Of a stretch of DNA of 32,000 nt, positions 17,588-25,262 are shown piece after piece. This DNA is from Candidatus Brocadia sp. (GTDB lineage Bacteria > Planctomycetota > Brocadiia > Brocadiales > Brocadiaceae): assembly GCA_021650915.1 (NCBI GenBank), contig CP091279.1, positions 180,001-212,000 of the forward strand, given 5' to 3'. The notes below the pieces were generated by a model. That model did not search any database and was not told the DNA's origin. It saw only the letters and a list, made by a program, of their open reading frames with translations. The position numbers were made by a program, and so were the translations under genes. Each line of letters opens with the position of its first letter. Within the stretch, counting starts at the first letter, position 1.

Positions 17588-17827
17588 TGTTGTTTTTCCT
17601 TTCTCTGAAGTCAATGTAGTCTCATCGATTACCAATTACACGTTCATACTGCATTAATAAACTGAAAGCCAAAAAGGCAAATAAAATTACACGGTTTTCA
17701 TTTTATTCTCCTCCAACATAAAATCGTATTGTCGTTATTCAAAACTTGGCGCGGCAAATGACATCAATTTCATTACTTTCAATGGGCACACTGGTAACGA
17801 TTGAGCCTTTTCATTCTCTTTATCTCA

Positions 17828-17860
17828 GTCAGTGCCACCTGCCCTGCTGGTGGCACTGAC
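17828..17860. other. 12-bp GC-rich hairpin between the first and second genes of the cluster
   Basis: The segment gtcagtgccacc (17828-17839) pairs with ggtggcactgac (17849-17860) across a 9-nt loop. No U-tract follows on the minus strand. It could be a partial terminator or an RNA processing or stability element. Confidence 0.4.
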
Positions 17861-17971
17861 ACTGTTTTAAGGCATAGCAAAATTACATGAAATTTCCTCC
17901 AGTAATCTGGAATTTATTACAAAATATTATTAGACAATACCAATAAATCCGCATTACTATAATTACAACTG

Positions 17972-19837
17972 TTACGGAGCCACTGTCGGTGTAGGCGAAA
18001 CAGTCTCTATAGGTTTAGTTTTGAAAGATTCTTCAGATCCCTCAGATTTGCCTAAAGTATTTTCTGCTGCAATTCTGTAATAATATGTAGCGCCAAGTAA
18101 TAAGCCTTTTATTTCAACATTTATTAGCTTCTCTTCCTTATCAGTTACCTCTATCTTATCAGACTGGCTTCCATATGCCCCACTGACTGTGCCGTAGTCA
18201 AACCAAGCTGTTGTTGAAGCGCCATTGGCAGTTACCATTCCATGCAGCGTAGCAGAATTTGCAGTTGTATTCGTGGCTGTACCTGTTTCCACCGTTGGGG
18301 TAGAGATTTTGGTAACGAATGAATTCTCACTTCCATAAGCCGTATCTGCGGAATTTTTTACTGCAATTCTGTAATGATATGTAGTAGCAGGCTTTAAATC
18401 ACTTATTTCAGCTGTTACCGGTGTATCGCCTGTTCCGGTTATTGTTCCCGGCTGCGCATCTTTTTTTCGGCTATAATTTCCGGATTGCGTGCCATAATCA
18501 AACCACGCGTTAGTGGATGCATCACTATTGGCAGTTACTGTCCCATGCAATGTAACAGAATTTGCAGTCATACTCGTAGCCGTACCTGTTTCTACTGTTG
18601 GTTTAGGGATTACCACGTCTACAGCAAAATTGCCTGAACGACCAAGCACATTAAACACGGTTACAGTCGAGGAACCTGGTCCAACGCCTTTAATTACGAT
18701 TCTATCAGTGCCCCGTTCAAAATCACTAATATTATCAACAGTCACTACTCTTATATCATCAGATGCATACGTTATTGCCTTGCTATTGATTACATGTACA
18801 GTATGAGTTCCTCCAACACTAATGCTCAATCTCGTTGGCACTACTTTGATTTCTCCCAACTTTTCAAGCATTCCTGTTGCCGCCTTTAAATCCTCGATTG
18901 TCGGAATCGTCTGAAATAACGCCTTATCAACCAGTTTTAGGCAAGCCGCTGTCTCTACCAAAAGCTGGCTTCCTTCCGGGGTAAGTTTTTCTGCACTTAT
19001 TGTGGTTATAGCCCCATTTTGTGTCATTTTCTGGTAATAACGCGCCTCAGCGTCCTGGAGTAATGCAAGTCCATCTTTGTATGCTCCAACCCTGTCTCTT
19101 GCCTGAAAGATATTCTGCAGTTCTGGTATAACAGCGCTAACTGCGGCCAAAGCAGCAGCAGTTGTTACATCCTTTGTAATAAGACCCAACGTTGCACCGG
19201 CAGCAGCAGCAAGTATCTGCACTGTACCCGAACCCAGCCGCACTCTTCTTCCAAAATCCATTCTCGCTCTTAGTGCCTTTTGTATATCACTGGAGAATCC
19301 AATAACATCCGCATCGGTTACTTTAACGTCTTTCAACGGCACGCTCACTCCAAGCCCAGTAAATTCAATACTATTATCCTTTACTTTGAACTTCATTCCA
19401 TTTACAGCATATTCTTTTTCCTCATACTTAATCAAATCATTGAGTACTGGTTTGATATTTTCTTCTATAATCTGGTCTTCAGGTTTTAAATTAACCGTTT
19501 GGATATGTATTTTGATTTTGTCCGTGCATGCCTTTATCAGCTCATCTTTCTTTTTTTCTTTATTTTCACTATCTACCAACTCTCGGAGGGCCTTTTTGAC
19601 CTCACCTTCTTTACCTGGCTTAATAAAATCACGGATCTTTTCTACACTCTTCTCTATATTGTCATCTTTTGTCATAACCATAGAACGAGCCCACACCCTG
19701 TCCAGCAAGGTAGGTTGATATTTATAATATTTTTTATCTGCTCTAAAGGGGTGATAACCACATCCAACAATACTGCTTGATGACACAGAAAAAACCAAAA
19801 AATATACTAATTTACTGCTTTTCACACGGTTACCCAC
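17972..19837 (-). CDS. Lipoprotein with Ala-rich hydrophobic segment, Big_2-like domain and two FN3-like repeats
   Basis: The start is GTG with AAGGAG 6 nt upstream. The lipobox is SSIVGC (Cys26). Residues 331-408 resemble Big_2 (IVIKGVGPGSSTVTVFN). Residues 413-510 and 514-608 are paralogous PTVETGTAT...ANS.TLHG.VTAN...AWFDYGT...Y.YRIA repeats. Confidence 0.75.
   Translation of the reverse strand: MGNRVKSSKLVYFLVFSVSSSSIVGCGYHPFRADKKYYKYQPTLLDRVWARSMVMTKDDNIEKSVEKIRDFIKPGKEGEVKKALRELVDSENKEKKKDELIKACTDKIKIHIQTVNLKPEDQIIEENIKPVLNDLIKYEEKEYAVNGMKFKVKDNSIEFTGLGVSVPLKDVKVTDADVIGFSSDIQKALRARMDFGRRVRLGSGTVQILAAAAGATLGLITKDVTTAAALAAVSAVIPELQNIFQARDRVGAYKDGLALLQDAEARYYQKMTQNGAITTISAEKLTPEGSQLLVETAACLKLVDKALFQTIPTIEDLKAATGMLEKLGEIKVVPTRLSISVGGTHTVHVINSKAITYASDDIRVVTVDNISDFERGTDRIVIKGVGPGSSTVTVFNVLGRSGNFAVDVVIPKPTVETGTATSMTANSVTLHGTVTANSDASTNAWFDYGTQSGNYSRKKDAQPGTITGTGDTPVTAEISDLKPATTYHYRIAVKNSADTAYGSENSFVTKISTPTVETGTATNTTANSATLHGMVTANGASTTAWFDYGTVSGAYGSQSDKIEVTDKEEKLINVEIKGLLLGATYYYRIAAENTLGKSEGSEESFKTKPIETVSPTPTVAP
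18014..18601 (-). repeat. Intragenic tandem duplication encoding the two FN3-like repeats
   Basis: The repeat units are 18308-18601 and 18014-18298. Their ends share ccgtacctgtttc(t/c)ac(t/c)gttgg, and the protein repeats align clearly. Confidence 0.7.
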
Positions 19838-20085
19838 ATGATTCTCCTTTTTTCTTTTGGCGTATGAATTTTGCTGAAGAAAATTTACAAAGACTCATCA
19901 ACATACAGCCTCGTTATGAAGCACATCATTTATGCACCCATAAAAGGTCTAACATACCGATATTTATTAATTCCCACCCCTGACACTTTTTTAGGTATTT
20001 TTTCGCACCTCCTTTTATAAACCCTTCTAAACTGACCTTGTTGATCAGCCATAATGTTTTATTTTCAGGACCCTTTCACCATAAT

Positions 20086-20240
20086 AAAAAAAGCCTTACT
20101 GCAAAGATTTTTCAAAACATCTTCGGCAGTAAGGCTGTCTTTATTCCTGGGGATCGTGTTTTCTAAACCACTTCCGTGTCGGCTTAAAGATCCACTACTT
20201 TGCGCCCCCTGATCACTCAGGGTTTACCTTTCTCGTTATG
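20086..20240 (-). promoter_or_regulatory. GEMM-I-like riboswitch with intrinsic terminator, copy 3 (variant core)
   Basis: The minus-strand RNA reads GAGAAAGGUAAACC-CUGA-GUGA-UCAGG-GGGCGCAAAG. The hairpin AGCCUUACUGC...GCAGUAAGGCU follows (20126-20136 with 20092-20102), then U6. The core differs from copies 1 and 2 at two conserved positions (GGU vs GGC; GGCGC vs GACGC). The element lies 248 nt upstream of the lipoprotein GTG. Confidence 0.55.
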
Positions 20241-20387
20241 TTTCCTAAAATGATAATTCGCAAAATAGTAGCCATTGAAAGGTAATAATAACAATTTTAG
20301 TGAATCATTTCATAATTCCCTGAATTCATGAGGCTTACAAATAGGAAAAGTCTAGGAATAGCTAACGGTAAGCGAAAGGAGGTTGGC

Positions 20388-20447
20388 AAAAAAGTGTGTC
20401 ATGGCACAGATGTGCCAGTTACAAAAGTGTGCCATGACACACTTTTT
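20388..20447. terminator. Perfect 15-bp hairpin flanked by A6 and T5 (bidirectional intrinsic-terminator shape)
   Basis: The segment gtgtgtcatggcaca (20394-20408) pairs with tgtgccatgacacac (20428-20442) across a 19-nt loop. A-run 20388-20393 and T-run 20443-20447 flank it. It sits between the IS element and riboswitch copy 3. Confidence 0.6.
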
Positions 20448-20680
20448 ATTAAGGCATGCATTTGAGTTCTTCTGGAAAAGGAGAGAGCAGAAGTCTATCA
20501 AAAACCTTTAACACGCCTCAAGCCGCTCTTTTTAGAGTGGAGGTTAATGTTTCCGCTGCCAACAAAAGACTATGCATTTCCTTCCAAGCAAGCAAAAAAC
20601 TCTTTTCTCCAATACTAAGCGATGCTTCTTTTGTAGTATTTTCCAAAAGATGTTGATGTCTTTAGCAAAAATATAAAATA

Positions 20681-21996
20681 GGTTCTTCTCCCAATTAGTT
20701 TGCAAAAGCTTGTATAATTTTTAATGAAAAGTACCGTTCGTCATGAAATCCATAAGCTTTTCTTTTGATAACTTTGATCTTATTATTAACCCCTTCGAGT
20801 TTACTGGTATGAATTTTATAATCGCAGTGATTCAAGATTCCGTAGCTGTATTTTGTAAGCATATTTGCAAACGTATTCACGACAGAATAGTTGAGCGTTT
20901 TCGCTAAGAGGCTCCATTCATCAATGGCTTTTCTCGCCCACGTCCGTGAGGTATAGGTCCAAATATGTTTGAGCTTATCTTTAAGAATCAGAATGGTATT
21001 TATGGTTTCATTAAGCGACAAGAGCTGTTTGAGATGTTCTCGATGTTTTTTCCTGCGAATATTTCGTTTGTTTTTTAACAAAAGATATTTTGAACCCTTT
21101 TTGGTATTCAGCATTTCGCACCTTGTCAATAACTTTACCAAAACTTGAAACCACATGAAACAGGTCAAAGACTATCTTAACATGAGGCACGTGCTTTTTT
21201 ACTGCATGAATATAAGGATCCCACATATCCATGGCAATGGCCTCAAGCGCCTGCCTTTGTTCCTCTGTCATACCCGCAAAGAAGGTTCCCAGCGTTTCTT
21301 TTGTTCTTTCCTTTCCCACCCAGACTACGCGGCCACTCAGATAGTCCAGAACAACAGTCAAATAGCGCTGTCCCTTCTTAACAGAGATTTCGTCTACTGC
21401 CAGTATGCGAAGATTCTGATAATCTGTCTGCGCGTATTGTCGTTCCAGAAAAAACGTATCGATGGTTTTTACGGTTTTCCAGTTAATTCCAAAATGTTTT
21501 GCAACTTCGGTTACGGCTAACACTTTACACAATTCGTGAATATACGCTGCTAAACGATGCGTAACACGACTGTAGGGTTGAAAAAAACCCAAGTCTTCAA
21601 CTACGATTCGATTGCATGACTCACAGGCAATCTTACGATACGAACAATTTATCCATACGCGAACTGAACCAGGATTCAGATCCCGCAAAGATCGTTTGTC
21701 ATGACGGTAAATGCGCTGTGCTTTGCTGCCACACGCATGACATATTGGACGAAATCGTTCATCGGGCACGGCAGTAAGCTGAGATATCTCAGCATCAGGA
21801 AAAACAGTTTGCTTCGTAATTCTTACCCGCTGAAAAGGAAAATATGGTAATATACTTAATGGGGACATTGCTGGTCTCCTGTAAATAGTTTATAGAACGG
21901 TATATATCTATCTATAGGAAACACCAAATATCCACTCTTTTCACTGATTTAAAGGATTTTCTTCTCAATTCTTATTGACTAATTGGGAGAAGAACC
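20681..21996 (-). mobile_element. ISL3-family insertion sequence (1316 bp) with perfect 19-bp terminal inverted repeats
   Basis: The repeat ggttcttctcccaattagt (20681-20699) is the reverse complement of actaattgggagaagaacc (21978-21996). The GG(C/T)TCTT start is typical of ISL3 ends. The element encloses the transposase frames. Confidence 0.85.
20695..21868 (-). pseudogene. ISL3 transposase, split by a frameshift in a homopolymer
   Basis: ORF 21011..21868 carries a zinc-finger-like CHACG...CESC segment and the N-terminal DDE part. ORF 20695..21168 carries KGSKYLLLKNKRN...EGVNNKIKVIKRKAYGFHDERYF. The frames join at the run 21098-21102 (A5 on the coding strand). With A4 the reading would be EYQKGSKYLL, a continuous transposase. 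Confidence 0.8.
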
Positions 21997-22150
21997 CATT
22001 TTATCTAGCAATGAAACTAATTATTAACTTAATTAATGCAACAATCTATAACAGGCTGAAAAGAGTCAAGGGGGTTGTATTGATCGGCAGAGAGAGCAAT
22101 GACGTGCCGGTAAAGCTGAGGAGCTAAAAAGGAACAGAGGAAATAAACTA

Positions 22151-22180
22151 TTGACAACGTTACTCATTATTTATCATAAT
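22151..22180 (+). promoter_or_regulatory. Candidate sigma-70 promoter for the 22230 lipoprotein gene
   Basis: The sequence reads TTGACA (22151-22156), 18 nt, CATAAT (22175-22180), about 50 nt upstream of the ATG. The call rests on pattern match only. Confidence 0.4.
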
Positions 22181-22229
22181 TCGACTATGGAGAAAAACAG
22201 TATTCAGAAGCAATACGAGGTTTAAGGTT

Positions 22230-22931
22230 ATGCATCCCGTAAAATATTTTTCATGCAAATATGCGTTTATTTTGCTCATTTTTCTTGCCTCGTCCGGGTG
22301 CTTAAGCGGTCAAAGACCACCGGTAACGATTTCCCCGCAACTGGATAAAAGGGTGCGCGCGGTGACTCCGCTACCCATGAGCGTGGGTCTTTACATAGCG
22401 CCGCACTTGCGCAACTATGTTCAGGAAGCGCCAATAAAGCAATATGAGGCCGGCGCGCAGCTATATACCTTTCCCGACTTTGTTTTTCCTTTCGGCGAAC
22501 CTCTTGCCGCTAAGATTGAGGAAATGTCAAACATGTTATTCACCAGGGTAACCGTGCTCGATCACCTGCAAAATACGGCAAACACACCGAATGGAGCGCT
22601 GGATGGAATTTTGACCGTTGACCTGAAGAGTTCGGATATAGAACTGTATATTGAACAATCGGTATGGAGGGCTATTGGCAGGCATAATCTTTCCATTACG
22701 GCGTCTTTTTTCGATCTGAAGCAAAACAAAATATGGGAATCAGATATTGCCGTGGAAGGGAAGGGCCTGGATTTTATAACAAGCAGGGTCGAGCAGGAGT
22801 GGTGGGCGACGACCGGGCCGCGATTCGGGCCAGCGGTAGAGGATTCAATCCAGCAGATAACCTACGAACTTGCCAAAAAAATTACCACAGCGAAAGAAAT
22901 GACTGATTATATCGCCACATTAAAACAGTAA
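22230..22931 (+). CDS. Lipoprotein of unknown function
   Basis: The signal peptide with lipobox is FILLIFLASSGC. No family was recognised. Confidence 0.65.
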   Translation: MHPVKYFSCKYAFILLIFLASSGCLSGQRPPVTISPQLDKRVRAVTPLPMSVGLYIAPHLRNYVQEAPIKQYEAGAQLYTFPDFVFPFGEPLAAKIEEMSNMLFTRVTVLDHLQNTANTPNGALDGILTVDLKSSDIELYIEQSVWRAIGRHNLSITASFFDLKQNKIWESDIAVEGKGLDFITSRVEQEWWATTGPRFGPAVEDSIQQITYELAKKITTAKEMTDYIATLKQ

Positions 22932-22935
22932 GATG

Positions 22936-23865
22936 TTACGGATTCAGGATGATGGTGGCCTCCTGACGAAGTTGATTCAGTAATTTGAGAATTTCTGCGT
23001 CCAGCGCCTCTAAGCGCACCTTTTCCCTGACGTCATCAAACCGCACCGGCGCACCTTCTTTTTTCTCGGTAACCTTGATCAGGTGATAGCCATATTCCGT
23101 CTGTACCGGCCCGCTTACCTGACCTACCCTGAGCGAAAATGCCGTATCCAAAAAAGCCTTTGCGAAATTTTCCTTTCTCTGAATAAAACCTAAATTTCCT
23201 CCATCCTGAGCTGTCGGGCAGTCTGAATACTTTCTTGCAATCTCCTCAAAAGCTCCTCCCAGATCAATTTCCTTCTTGATATTTTTTATTCGTTCCAGCG
23301 CTTGTGCATGCTCTTTTTCCGATTTCATATCCCTGGTGTCGATAAGGATATGGCTTACCTTTACCGCTTCGCCGTTGAAGACGCCCTTGTTCTCCTCGAA
23401 ATATTTTTTTAAGGCTGTATCAGTAAGTTTTTTGTGGAAAAACCTTTCCAGGGCAATGGAGTGTTTCAGACTTTTTTTGAATTCATCGATATCAGAGCCT
23501 ATGGCGGAGAGGATACGTTCCAGTGATTGACTATCACCTTTCTGGCCGCCAGAGACCGTATTTTTTATCTGCCCGATTTCCCTTTCAATTTCCTCAGGGG
23601 CGACGATGATGCCCTGCTTGTCGATGAATTCATCTATCAGGATATCGGTAATTATCTGGTCGGTAATTTCCTGCTTCATTGCGCTGAAGGTTTCAGTATC
23701 CCGGCTCGTAACGTTTTTCATCCTGCCGGACACCATCTCCGCTGTTACGGGTTTGCCGTTTACGGTCGCGATAATGTCTTTGGGCGGTTCTTTTTCTGCA
23801 GAGAATACAGGGAGATGCAAACAGATTAAAAGCAAGCCGATGAGAGGCACTGCGAGTTTATTCAT
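22936..23865 (-). CDS. Secreted parvulin-type peptidyl-prolyl cis-trans isomerase (SurA/PrsA/EpsD-like)
   Basis: The signal peptide is MNKLAVPLIGLLLICLHLPVFSA. The PpiC domain reads VKVSHILI...FEEIARKYSDCPTAQDGGNLGF...GPVQTEYGYHLIKV. The start overlaps the upstream regulator gene by 8 nt. Confidence 0.8.
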   Translation of the reverse strand: MNKLAVPLIGLLLICLHLPVFSAEKEPPKDIIATVNGKPVTAEMVSGRMKNVTSRDTETFSAMKQEITDQIITDILIDEFIDKQGIIVAPEEIEREIGQIKNTVSGGQKGDSQSLERILSAIGSDIDEFKKSLKHSIALERFFHKKLTDTALKKYFEENKGVFNGEAVKVSHILIDTRDMKSEKEHAQALERIKNIKKEIDLGGAFEEIARKYSDCPTAQDGGNLGFIQRKENFAKAFLDTAFSLRVGQVSGPVQTEYGYHLIKVTEKKEGAPVRFDDVREKVRLEALDAEILKLLNQLRQEATIILNP

Positions 23866-25258
23866 GGCAATTCCTTTCTTTTATAATTCGAAGTTCCCGT
23901 ATCTTTTGCTGGAGGTTTTGGCGATGCATATCGAGCGCTTCAGCAGTACGGCTAACGTTCCCGTCACACTCTTCCAGTTTCTTTTGGATAAAATCACGTT
24001 CAAAATTTTCTATCAGGATCTTTTTTGCATCCCGGAACGAAAGGGTGTAATCAATGCTTTTCAAAGGAAGGGCGCTGCTTCCGGACAGTTTTATCTCTTC
24101 CGGCAGATCTGACGTGTCGAGGATTTCGTTATTGGAAAGCACCACGGCGCTCTCCAGGGCGTTTTTCAGCTGACGAATGTTGCCGGGCCAGTCATACGAC
24201 ACCAGATGCTTCATTGCTTCAGGGGTAATCGATGCAATGCGTTTCTGATGTTTTTCAGAAAAAGAGTGTAAAAAATGGTTTGCGAGCAAGGGTATGTCTT
24301 CCTTCCGGTGTCTCAAAGGGGGGAGTTTTATACTTACCACCTTGATCCGATAGTACAGGTCTTCCCGAAACCGGTTCTCCTCAATTTCCTCTTCAAGGTC
24401 GCGATGGGTGGCGCTGATAATACGGGTATCCACGGTGAGTGTTTCACTGCCGCCGAGACGTTCAAATTTTTGTTCCTGCAATACGCGGAGGAGTTTTGAT
24501 TGGGTGCTGGCGCTCATATCGCCGATTTCATCAAGGAATATCGTGCCCTTGTTTGCCAGCTCAAACTTTCCCAACCGCCGCTCCGCAGCGCCGGTGAACG
24601 CGCCCTTTTCATGGCCGAAGAGTTCGCTTTCAATCAACGTCTCCGGCACGGCGGCGCAATTCATAATAATGAGCGGTTCATTCCTGCGTTTGCTGCGCCG
24701 ATGAATTTCCCGGGCCACGAGTTCCTTTCCGCTGCCACTTTCACCCTGGATGAGCACGGTAACGTCGGTGGTGCCGACCTTTTCAATCCTATCGAACACC
24801 GCCTTCATGGATTCGCTCTGGCCGATGAGTTCGCCCATGCCTTCCAGTCTGCCGATCTCCAGCCGGAGCCTGGCGTTTTCCTCCTGTAAAACAAGCCGTT
24901 CGAAGGCGTTTTTTGCAATAATCCGGAGCTCATCGATTTCATAAGGTTTTGCAATATAATCATACGCGCCCCTTTTCATGGCCTCAACGGCAATTTTTTC
25001 GGAGCCATAGGCAGTGACGATCACTACCAGGGGAGGGTTCTGCAGGGCGTTGATCATTTCAAGGGTTTTCATGCCGTCGGGCTGCGGCATATTAATGTCC
25101 AGGAGGACCAGAGCGGGACGCAGGGTTTTTATCATCTGGAGCGCATCGGCACCATCCCTTGCCTCATGGACGATATAATTATCTTTGAGGAGCGCCTTCT
25201 TCATCCCGTAGCGCGCGGCCTTTTCGTCGTCTATAATGAGTACGGATGGCTTGAACAT
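23858..25258 (-). CDS. NtrC-family sigma-54-dependent response regulator (REC + AAA+ + HTH); candidate PEP-CTERM-box regulator PrsR type
   Basis: The receiver domain reads VLIIDDE...LLDINMP. The AAA+ domain carries GESGSGKE, GAFTGA and IFLDEIGDM. The C-terminal HTH reads GNVSRTAEALDMHRQNLQQKI. The PrsR assignment is contextual, based on the adjacent multi-TM GAF kinase and PPIase. Confidence 0.85.
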   Translation of the reverse strand: MFKPSVLIIDDEKAARYGMKKALLKDNYIVHEARDGADALQMIKTLRPALVLLDINMPQPDGMKTLEMINALQNPPLVVIVTAYGSEKIAVEAMKRGAYDYIAKPYEIDELRIIAKNAFERLVLQEENARLRLEIGRLEGMGELIGQSESMKAVFDRIEKVGTTDVTVLIQGESGSGKELVAREIHRRSKRRNEPLIIMNCAAVPETLIESELFGHEKGAFTGAAERRLGKFELANKGTIFLDEIGDMSASTQSKLLRVLQEQKFERLGGSETLTVDTRIISATHRDLEEEIEENRFREDLYYRIKVVSIKLPPLRHRKEDIPLLANHFLHSFSEKHQKRIASITPEAMKHLVSYDWPGNIRQLKNALESAVVLSNNEILDTSDLPEEIKLSGSSALPLKSIDYTLSFRDAKKILIENFERDFIQKKLEECDGNVSRTAEALDMHRQNLQQKIRELRIIKERNCHE

Positions 25259-25262
25259 GGTC

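Noticed and set aside
20394-20442. TGGCAC motifs inside the hairpin as possible sigma-54 (-24/-12) promoters
   Set aside because: On both strands, the GG to GC distance in TGGCACAnnTGTGCC is 9 nt rather than the required 10, and the -12 element is not TTGC. The hairpin is more simply read as a terminator.
20518-20660. Possible small minus-strand ORF or gene remnant (...ENTTKEASLSIGEKSFLLAWKEMHSLLLAAETLTSTLKRAA) next to the IS, suggesting an IS-disrupted gene
   Set aside because: No ATG with a properly spaced RBS is present. All three frames on the other side of the IS (21997-22100) contain stops close to the junction, so no split gene can be reconstructed.
20673-22004. 8-bp target-site duplication for the ISL3 element
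   Set aside because: The flanking octamers (ataaaata and cattttat) are inverted relative to each other, not direct repeats.
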